Shown here: positions 25,585 to 32,548 of the stretch, in pieces
Layout: each line of letters opens with the position of its first letter
Numbering within the stretch: the stretch's first letter is position 1
Assembly (NCBI GenBank): GCA_024278155.1
Contig: JAJRTT010000035.1
Coordinates: 1 to 32,548, forward strand
Origin: Bacteroidota bacterium
GTDB taxonomy: Bacteria > Bacteroidota > Bacteroidia > Bacteroidales > JAADJA01
Length of the DNA: 32,548 nucleotides
Reading direction: 5' to 3'
Made by a program: the position numbers and the translations under genes
Notes under the pieces: model-generated
Database searches by the model: none
What the model was told of the DNA's origin: nothing
Seen by the model: only the letters and a program-made list of their open reading frames with translations

Positions 25585-28500
25585 ATGGCATTCAGAAAAG
25601 AAGAAAAAATCCCCAGTGAATTTTCAAAAATCACAATTAGCCTGGCTTCTCCCGAAATGATCCTTGAGAGGTCACATGGTGAAGTAACAAAACCTGAAAC
25701 CATTAATTACCGGACTTATAAACCGGAACGTGATGGTTTGTTTTGTGAACGTATTTTCGGCCCTGTTAAGGATTGGGAATGCCATTGTGGTAAATACAAG
25801 CGGATACGCTACAAGGGAATCGTTTGTGACCGCTGTGGTGTTGAAGTTACCGAAAAGAAAGTAAGGCGCGAGCGGATGGGGCATATCCACCTTGTTGTAC
25901 CGGTTGTCCATATTTGGTTTTTCAGGTCTTTGCCCAATAAGATTGGTGCATTGCTTGGCCTTCAGACAAAAAAACTGGATACAATTATTTATTATGAAAG
26001 ATATGTTGTTATCAACCCGGGAGTAAAAGAAGCCGAGGATATCAAATATTTGGATTTCCTTACGGAAGAAGAGTATTTTGATATTATTGATTCACTCCCT
26101 GCAGATAACCAACACCTGGACGATTCCGACCCGGATAAGTTTATTGCAAAAATGGGCGCCGAGGCAATCCATGATTTGCTCGCCCGTCTTGATTTGGACA
26201 AGATGTCGTACGAATTGAGGCATAAAGCAAATACAGAAACCTCACAACAACGTAAACAGGAAGCTTTGAAAAGGCTTCAGGTTTACGAAGCTTTCAGGGA
26301 CGGGATGAAACGGATAGAGAACAGGCCCGAATGGATGATCGTGAAAATTGTCCCGGTGATCCCGCCTGAACTACGCCCACTTGTCCCCCTTGATGGAGGC
26401 AGGTTTGCGACTTCCGATTTGAACGACCTTTACAGAAGGGTCATTATTCGGAACAACAGGTTGAAACGCCTGATCGAAATAAAGGCGCCCGACGTTATCA
26501 TGCGTAACGAAAAAAGGATGCTCCAGGAAGCTGTTGATTCATTGTTTGATAATTCCCGGAAATCGAATGCCGTTAAAACGGAATCGAACCGTGCATTGAA
26601 ATCCTTGAGCGATAGCTTGAAAGGTAAGCAAGGCCGTTTTCGTCAGAATCTCCTTGGTAAAAGGGTTGACTATTCAGGCCGTTCTGTAATTGTGGTTGGC
26701 CCTTACCTCAAATTGAACGAGTGTGGATTGCCAAAAGGAATGGCATCGGAGCTTTTCAAGCCCTTTATCATCCGCAAAATGCTGGAAAGGGGAATCGTGA
26801 AAACGGTAAAATCTGCCCGGAAAATTGTTGACAGAAAAGATCCCGTTGTTTGGGACATACTCGAAAATATCCTAAAAGGACACCCTGTAATGCTAAACCG
26901 TGCCCCTACTTTGCACAGATTGGGTATCCAGGCATTCCAGCCTAAACTGATCGAGGGGAAAGCTATCCAGTTGCACCCACTTGTATGTACGGCTTTTAAC
27001 GCTGACTTTGATGGCGACCAGATGGCTGTCCACGTTCCTTTGGGAAATGCCGCCATCCTTGAAGCACAAATGTTGATGCTTGCATCGCATAATATCCTGA
27101 ACCCCGCAAACGGTGCACCTATCACTGTCCCTTCACAGGACATGATCTTGGGCCTTTATTATATCACAAAGTCAAGGAAGAGTATTCCTGAACACCTTGT
27201 GAAAGGTGAAGGGGGGACATTCTACGGGCCAGAGGAAGTTATTATTGCCTTTAATGAAGGAAGGGTTGACTTACATGCGATCATCAAGTGTAAGCTCAAT
27301 GATGTTGAAGATGGCAAACCGGTCACAAAAATGATTGAAACTACTGTTGGAAGGGTTCTTTTCAACCAGGTAGTACCCGATGAATATGGTTATATCAACA
27401 GTGTATTGACCAAAAAAGCATTGCGCGATATTATTGGGGATGTGCTTAAAGTTACCGGAACCGCGAAAACTGCGGATTTCCTTGACGATATTAAAAACCT
27501 TGGGTTTAAAATGGCATTTGAAGGAGGTCTCTCTTTTAACCTTGGTGACGTTATTATCCCCGATATCAAGGAGGAACTCATTACTAATGCAAATGCAGAG
27601 GTTGATGAAGTAAGGAACAATTACAATATGGGTTTCATTACGAACAATGAAAGGTACAACCAGATTATTGATATCTGGACCCATACAAATTCAAGGTTGA
27701 CCCAAACACTGATGAATACCTTGAAAAAAGACCAGCAGGGATTTAACCCGATTTACATGATGCTTGATTCAGGTGCAAGGGGTTCCAAGGAACAAATCCG
27801 CCAGTTATCAGGGATGAGGGGCTTGATGGCAAAACCACAGAAATCAGGTGCAACAGGTGGTGAGATTATTGAAAACCCAATTTTGGCCAACTTTAAAGAG
27901 GGCCTTTCAGTCCTTGAGTATTTTATTTCCACGCACGGTGCGCGTAAAGGTTTGGCCGATACCGCCCTTAAAACTGCTGATGCGGGCTACCTTACCCGTA
28001 GGCTTGTTGATGTTTCCCAGGATGTTGTTATAAATACACGGGATTGCGGAACCTTACGGGGCTTAACGACCACTGCATTAAAGAAAAATGAAGAGGAAGT
28101 TGAAAGCCTTTACGACAGGATCCTTGGAAGGGTTAGCCTGCACGATATTTATCACCCTTTGACGGGAGAATTGATTGTTGCAGGAGGTGATGAAATGAAT
28201 GAGGTTACGAGTAAGATAATTGATGAATCTTCTATTGAGCGGGTTGAAATCAGATCGGTACTTACCTGTGAGGCAAAAAGAGGTGTTTGTGCCAAATGTT
28301 ATGGCCGTAACCTTGCAACCGGACGTATGGTCCAGAAAGGTGAAGCGGTTGGGGTAATTGCTGCGCAGTCGATTGGAGAGCCGGGAACACAGCTTACCTT
28401 GAGGACTTTCCACGTAGGTGGTACTGCTTCCAATGTAACGGTTTCGTCCACAATTGTTGCCAAGTTTGACGGGGTGCTTTCCATCGAAGAGTTAAGGGTG

Positions 28501-29910
28501 GTTGATTATGTTGACCCTGAAAAAAACAAATACAATATCGTGATTGGCCGTTCTGCCGAATTGAGGGTTTTGGACAAGAAAACTGGTGTAATCCTTATGT
28601 CTGGTAATATTCCCTATGGTGCAAAATTGTTTATTAAAGAGGGGGCAGTCAAGAAAGGCGATAAGATAGCCGAATGGGATCCGTACAATGCTGTAATCTT
28701 GTCGGAATTTGGCGGGAAAGCAAAATTTGAGAATATAATCGAAGGGGTTACCTTTAGGGTAGAATCCGATGAACAAACGGGATACCATGATAAAGTGATC
28801 GTGGAAACCCGCCAAAAAGCAAAGAATCCATCCATTAAAATAATGTCAAAAACCAATGAGGAAATCCGATCTTACGATATACCTGTTGGGGCGCATATTA
28901 TTGTAGAAGAAGGTTCAAAGTTGAAAGCAGGTGATATTTTGGTAAAAATCCCCAGGGCAATTGGAAAATCTGGCGATATCACGGGTGGCCTGCCAAGGGT
29001 AACCGAGTTGTTCGAGGCACGGAACCCATCTGATCCAGCTAAAGTAGCTGAAATTGATGGTGTTGTTTCTTTCTCAAAGAAATTGAAAAGAGGGAACAGG
29101 GAAGTTATCATTACTTCAAAAACGGGCGAACAGAAGAAATACCTGATAGCTACCTCAAAACAAATTTTAGCCCAGGAAAATGACTATGTCAAGGCTGGGA
29201 CTTCTTTGTCCGAAGGAGCTATGACACCAGCTGATATCCTTGCAATTAAAGGGCCGATGAAGGTTCAGGAATATATTGTGAACGAAATTCAGGAAGTTTA
29301 CAGATTGCAGGGCGTGAAGATCAATGACAAGCATTTTGAGGTGATCGTCCGCCAGATGATGCGCAAGGTTGAAGTTGCCGATCCGGGCGATACGAAATTC
29401 CTTGAAGGCGAGTTGGTGAACAAAATAAACTTTATGGAAGAAAACGATGAGGTCTTTGGAAAAAAAGTAGTCGTTGAGCCAGGTGATTCCATCTTGTATA
29501 AAGCAGGGATGATTGTTAGTGCACGTAAACTGAGGGAAGAAAACTCACAGTTGAAAAGAAAAGACAAGCTATTGATCGAATCAAGGGATGCCCAACCTGC
29601 CACTGCACGTCAGGTGCTACAGGGAATTACAAAAGCTTCCTTGCAGACAAGTAGTTTTATCTCTGCCGCTTCCTTCCAGGAAACAACCAAAGTACTGACC
29701 ATGGCTTCTATCAATGCGAAACGGGACGGGCTGCAGGGCTTGAAGGAAAATGTAATTGTTGGGCATTTGATCCCGGCAGGTACAGGTTTGCGCGAATATG
29801 AAAACCTGATCGTTGGTTCCAAGGAGGAGTACGAAGCACTTATTGCTGCCAAAGAGGAAGTTGATTCTGTTGAAGGAACTTCTGCACAGGTGGATATTGC
29901 AACTGAATAG
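25585..29910 (+). CDS. rpoC: DNA-directed RNA polymerase beta' subunit
   Basis: The protein is 1441 aa. It has a zinc-binding [20 protein letters not shown] and the catalytic [15 protein letters not shown]. Confidence 0.98.
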   Translation: MAFRKEEKIPSEFSKITISLASPEMILERSHGEVTKPETINYRTYKPERDGLFCERIFGPVKDWECHCGKYKRIRYKGIVCDRCGVEVTEKKVRRERMGHIHLVVPVVHIWFFRSLPNKIGALLGLQTKKLDTIIYYERYVVINPGVKEAEDIKYLDFLTEEEYFDIIDSLPADNQHLDDSDPDKFIAKMGAEAIHDLLARLDLDKMSYELRHKANTETSQQRKQEALKRLQVYEAFRDGMKRIENRPEWMIVKIVPVIPPELRPLVPLDGGRFATSDLNDLYRRVIIRNNRLKRLIEIKAPDVIMRNEKRMLQEAVDSLFDNSRKSNAVKTESNRALKSLSDSLKGKQGRFRQNLLGKRVDYSGRSVIVVGPYLKLNECGLPKGMASELFKPFIIRKMLERGIVKTVKSARKIVDRKDPVVWDILENILKGHPVMLNRAPTLHRLGIQAFQPKLIEGKAIQLHPLVCTAFNADFDGDQMAVHVPLGNAAILEAQMLMLASHNILNPANGAPITVPSQDMILGLYYITKSRKSIPEHLVKGEGGTFYGPEEVIIAFNEGRVDLHAIIKCKLNDVEDGKPVTKMIETTVGRVLFNQVVPDEYGYINSVLTKKALRDIIGDVLKVTGTAKTADFLDDIKNLGFKMAFEGGLSFNLGDVIIPDIKEELITNANAEVDEVRNNYNMGFITNNERYNQIIDIWTHTNSRLTQTLMNTLKKDQQGFNPIYMMLDSGARGSKEQIRQLSGMRGLMAKPQKSGATGGEIIENPILANFKEGLSVLEYFISTHGARKGLADTALKTADAGYLTRRLVDVSQDVVINTRDCGTLRGLTTTALKKNEEEVESLYDRILGRVSLHDIYHPLTGELIVAGGDEMNEVTSKIIDESSIERVEIRSVLTCEAKRGVCAKCYGRNLATGRMVQKGEAVGVIAAQSIGEPGTQLTLRTFHVGGTASNVTVSSTIVAKFDGVLSIEELRVVDYVDPEKNKYNIVIGRSAELRVLDKKTGVILMSGNIPYGAKLFIKEGAVKKGDKIAEWDPYNAVILSEFGGKAKFENIIEGVTFRVESDEQTGYHDKVIVETRQKAKNPSIKIMSKTNEEIRSYDIPVGAHIIVEEGSKLKAGDILVKIPRAIGKSGDITGGLPRVTELFEARNPSDPAKVAEIDGVVSFSKKLKRGNREVIITSKTGEQKKYLIATSKQILAQENDYVKAGTSLSEGAMTPADILAIKGPMKVQEYIVNEIQEVYRLQGVKINDKHFEVIVRQMMRKVEVADPGDTKFLEGELVNKINFMEENDEVFGKKVVVEPGDSILYKAGMIVSARKLREENSQLKRKDKLLIESRDAQPATARQVLQGITKASLQTSSFISAASFQETTKVLTMASINAKRDGLQGLKENVIVGHLIPAGTGLREYENLIVGSKEEYEALIAAKEEVDSVEGTSAQVDIATE

Positions 29911-29936
29911 TTTGAATCATATTAATAAATTTGGTT

Positions 29937-30248
29937 ATGAAAGATCAAGCACAACAAAGTAAAATCAATATTGAACTGAGCGAGGAAATGGCCGAAGGCA
30001 TTTATTCCAATTTGGCGATAATTACCCATTCACATTCAGAGTTTATCGTTGATTTTATTAAAATGATGCCGGGTGCGCCCAAGGCAAAAGTAAAGTCGAG
30101 GATAATCCTTACCCCTCAACATGCGAAACGCTTGTTCAAGGCTTTGAAAGACAATATCGTAAAGTTTGAACGATTGCATGGGGAAATAAAGGTTCCGGCG
30201 GCTGAGCACCTGCCATTGAATCTTGGTGGGCCAACGGCCCAGGCATAA
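29937..30248 (+). CDS. Small conserved protein of the DUF3467 type found downstream of rpoC in Bacteroidota
   Basis: The ATG at 29937 gives MKDQAQQSKINIELSEEMAEGIYSNLAIITHSHSEFIVDFI... The listed 29931 start is a TTG two codons upstream. Confidence 0.7.
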   Translation: MKDQAQQSKINIELSEEMAEGIYSNLAIITHSHSEFIVDFIKMMPGAPKAKVKSRIILTPQHAKRLFKALKDNIVKFERLHGEIKVPAAEHLPLNLGGPTAQA

Positions 30249-30256
30249 TGAAACCA

Positions 30257-30286
30257 AAACAGCAAATTTATTTGCTGTTTTTTTTT
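30257..30286 (+). terminator. Rho-independent terminator ending the rpoBC-DUF3467 unit
   Basis: AAACAGCAAA-ttta-TTTGCTGTTT is a perfect 10-bp stem running into a run of about nine T. Confidence 0.85.
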
Positions 30287-30354
30287 GCAAAAAATTTGAT
30301 AACAAGACTATTCCCGCCGAATTAGTGTTATTTTTACGGTGATTATTATTCAGC

Positions 30355-31881
30355 ATGGATATGGCATTCTTAAGGTATTTCAAGTATTTGTTTTTATTGG
30401 TTTTTCTCGCACATGGGATTTCCTTGTTTGCCCAGGAAACAACGAGGGTGAAATTGATCCGTGCAGACGAATGGAAGCATGACAAACGCCTTGGCGAAAA
30501 AATCCAACGATTGATTGGCGATGTCATTTTAAAGCACGATAGTACCTACCTGTATTGCGACAGTGCCTATTTGAACGATGAAACAAACAGCTTTGAAGGC
30601 TTTGGAAATGTTCGGGTCAAGGTATCCGATACCTTGAATATTTACAGTGATTGGCTGAATTATAACGGGAATACCCGGATTGCCGAATTGGATCAGAATG
30701 TCCGCTTGGTTGACAAGAAAGCCACTTTGTTCACAGAACACCTTTGGTATGACAGGAATACGAAAATCGCATGGTATCTTACGGGCGGTAAAATTGTGGA
30801 CACGGCCAATCAACTCACAAGTCAAAGGGGGTATTTTTATACGGACAGGAACGAAGCTTATTTTAGTGAAAGTGTAAAGCTGGTAAATGAGAAATATACC
30901 ATGGATTCGGATTCAATGATGTACAATACTGTTTTTAAGGTTTCCCATTTCTTTGCACCTACGACCATTGTGAGCGATTCCAATTTGATTTATTGTGAAA
31001 GGGGTTGGTACGATACCGAAAACGACAAATCGTTCTTCAGGATAAATTCCTACATAATCACGAAAGAACAAAAACTGGAGGCCGACAGCCTTTACTACGA
31101 ACGTGCCACTGATTTTGGGGTTGCGAGGGGAAATGTGGTCATGACCGATACCATTAACAATATGATGCTCCTTGGGAATTATGGTGAATTTAAAAAACGC
31201 GCAGGTTATTCATTTGTAACGGATAGCGCCCTGGCTATCATGGTTGATGAGAGGGATTCTTTGTTTTTGCATTCCGATACGCTGTGGATGCTTTTTGATT
31301 CGGACCAAAATATAAAATCCATATTGGCCTATCACCATGCAAAGTTTTTCCTAAACGATTTGCAAGGATTATGTGATTCACTGGTATATGGTTTTGCCGA
31401 TTCCACGATTTACCTGTACAAATCACCTGTCATGTGGTCCGAGGCCAATCAACTTACGGCAGATTCTGTAAGGATAGCTCTGGCAAACAACCAGATTGAT
31501 TCCCTTGCGTTGATCGGTTCGGCTTTTATTATCTCCATTGATGATTCCCTTGGCCAAACTTACAATCAGGTGAAAGGACGAACGATTGTAGGGTATTTCA
31601 AGAACAATGAAATGGTGAAAATCATGATTAATGGAAATGCCGAGTCCATTTATTTTGTCCGTGACGAGGACAAAAACCTGATGGGCATCAACAAATCGGT
31701 TTCGAGCGATATGAATATTTACCTTGAAAACAACGAAATCAGCATACTCACACCAATTATTAATGTTGATGCCCACATGTACCCAGTTGGGGAGTTGTCT
31801 GGCCCGGAATTGAAGTTAAAGCATTTCAAATGGATCGAAGGGAGAAGGCCGGTGAAGAAAGAAGATGTCTTTGTGTGGTGA
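30355..31881 (+). CDS. OstA-like (LptA/LptD N-terminal beta-jellyroll repeat) domain protein, secreted
   Basis: Signal peptide FLRYFKYLFLLVFLAHGISLFAQ. It has repeated 'GNV.v...d..l.sD.l.Y' type beta repeats, for example GDVILKHDSTYLYCDSAYLN, GNVRVKVSDTLNIYSDWLNY and GNVVMTDTINNMMLLGNYGEF. Confidence 0.6.
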   Translation: MDMAFLRYFKYLFLLVFLAHGISLFAQETTRVKLIRADEWKHDKRLGEKIQRLIGDVILKHDSTYLYCDSAYLNDETNSFEGFGNVRVKVSDTLNIYSDWLNYNGNTRIAELDQNVRLVDKKATLFTEHLWYDRNTKIAWYLTGGKIVDTANQLTSQRGYFYTDRNEAYFSESVKLVNEKYTMDSDSMMYNTVFKVSHFFAPTTIVSDSNLIYCERGWYDTENDKSFFRINSYIITKEQKLEADSLYYERATDFGVARGNVVMTDTINNMMLLGNYGEFKKRAGYSFVTDSALAIMVDERDSLFLHSDTLWMLFDSDQNIKSILAYHHAKFFLNDLQGLCDSLVYGFADSTIYLYKSPVMWSEANQLTADSVRIALANNQIDSLALIGSAFIISIDDSLGQTYNQVKGRTIVGYFKNNEMVKIMINGNAESIYFVRDEDKNLMGINKSVSSDMNIYLENNEISILTPIINVDAHMYPVGELSGPELKLKHFKWIEGRRPVKKEDVFVW

Positions 31882-31946
31882 CAAGACCTTCCAGCATTGG
31901 CACAATCTGGAATCGTTGCAGAGGTATCAATTAAAGAAGTTTTGAT

Positions 31947-32548
31947 ATGAGGAAAAAAGAACGTTTCGAAAAGATCATTGCCTGGTTTGAGGAACATATG
32001 CCCGTTGCCGAGACGGAACTGAAATATACATCTCCCTACCAATTGGCAGTAGCTGTGATTTTATCTGCTCAATGCACAGATACTCGGGTGAACCTGATTA
32101 CCCCGAAATTTTTTGCCGTGTTCCCTGATGAGAATTCCCTTGCGGCGGCAACAACCGATTCGGTTTATGAAATCATCAAAAGTTGTTCATATCCCAATAA
32201 CAAGGCAAAGAACCTTATCGGAATGGCCAAAGGCCTGAAAGATGATTTCAAAGGGGCAATGCCATCAGAGATTAACGAACTACAGAAATTACCTGGAATT
32301 GGAAGGAAGTCGGCAAATGTGATTGCATCTGTGTATTTCAATAAACCGGCAATGGCAGTCGATACACATGTTCTCAGGGTTTCGGCCCGGTTGGGTTTGA
32401 CAATAAATTCAAAAACCCCTCTTGAAACTGAAAAACAATTGGTGAAATATATCCCGGAAGATAAAATTGCCATTGCCCATCATTGGTTGATATTGCATGG
32501 CCGCTATGTTTGCCGGGCACGTAAGCCAAAATGCGTGGATTGTGGGTT
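31947..32548 (+). CDS. nth: Endonuclease III (3' end outside the window)
   Basis: This open frame is absent from the ORF track because it has no stop inside the window. It reads MRKKERFEKIIAWFEEHMPVAETELKYTSPYQLAVAVILSAQCTDTRVN. The HhH-GPD motif is LQKLPGIGRKSANVIASVYF...AVDTHVLRV. The FeS motif begins CRARKPKCVDCG. Confidence 0.9.
   Translation, partial: MRKKERFEKIIAWFEEHMPVAETELKYTSPYQLAVAVILSAQCTDTRVNLITPKFFAVFPDENSLAAATTDSVYEIIKSCSYPNNKAKNLIGMAKGLKDDFKGAMPSEINELQKLPGIGRKSANVIASVYFNKPAMAVDTHVLRVSARLGLTINSKTPLETEKQLVKYIPEDKIAIAHHWLILHGRYVCRARKPKCVDCG

Noticed and set aside
21723-29910. There are many 60-190 aa ORFs antisense to or overlapping rpoB and rpoC, with similar ones inside tuf, dpp and the Psr-like genes.
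   Set aside because: They lie entirely within long, unmistakably conserved genes. They have low-complexity or odd composition and no recognisable motifs. They are typical shadow ORFs.

Overview
This is a chromosomal segment from a Bacteroidota-type genome, judged from gene content, synteny and TTTG/TAnnTTTG promoter boxes. The right-hand part, about 12.5-32.5 kb, is conserved housekeeping core. On the minus strand it has tRNA-Val. On the plus strand it has dipeptidyl-peptidase IV, rpsU, a XerC/D-like recombinase, hpf, tRNA-Thr/Tyr/Gly/Thr, tuf, tRNA-Trp, secE, nusG, rplK, rplA, rplJ, rplL, rpoB, rpoC, a small DUF3467-like protein, an OstA-like protein and the 5' part of nth. The left 12.5 kb is less ordinary.

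(i) A truncated ECF sigma gene overlaps the start of a single-pass membrane protein whose C-terminus looks like an outer-membrane beta-barrel.

(ii) Two tandem paralogous beta-barrel proteins carry Arg/Gly-rich basic C-terminal tails.

(iii) A seven-gene minus-strand cluster (10690 to 4107) ends at a strong intrinsic terminator. It encodes a Tat-exported Psr/Phs-like molybdopterin oxidoreductase, a 4x[4Fe-4S] subunit, an NrfD-type membrane anchor, two half-size YeeE/YedE sulfur-transport proteins and two membrane-anchored rhodanese-like proteins. Both rhodanese-like proteins lack the catalytic-loop cysteine and end in a near-identical RKKKK[A/T]AASGGC-COOH tail. I consider this candidate sulfur-relay module the most interesting thing in the window.

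(iv) The molybdoenzyme catalytic gene is interrupted by a single in-frame stop.

(v) A GC-richer, stem-loop-rich island lies upstream of that cluster.

(vi) A 5-TM protein has a Trp-rich periplasmic loop flanked by His-bearing helices, reminiscent of a heme-handling WWD motif.

I saw no CRISPR array, transposase, phage genes or recognisable defence genes. All functional calls rest on motif recognition by eye; no database search was run.
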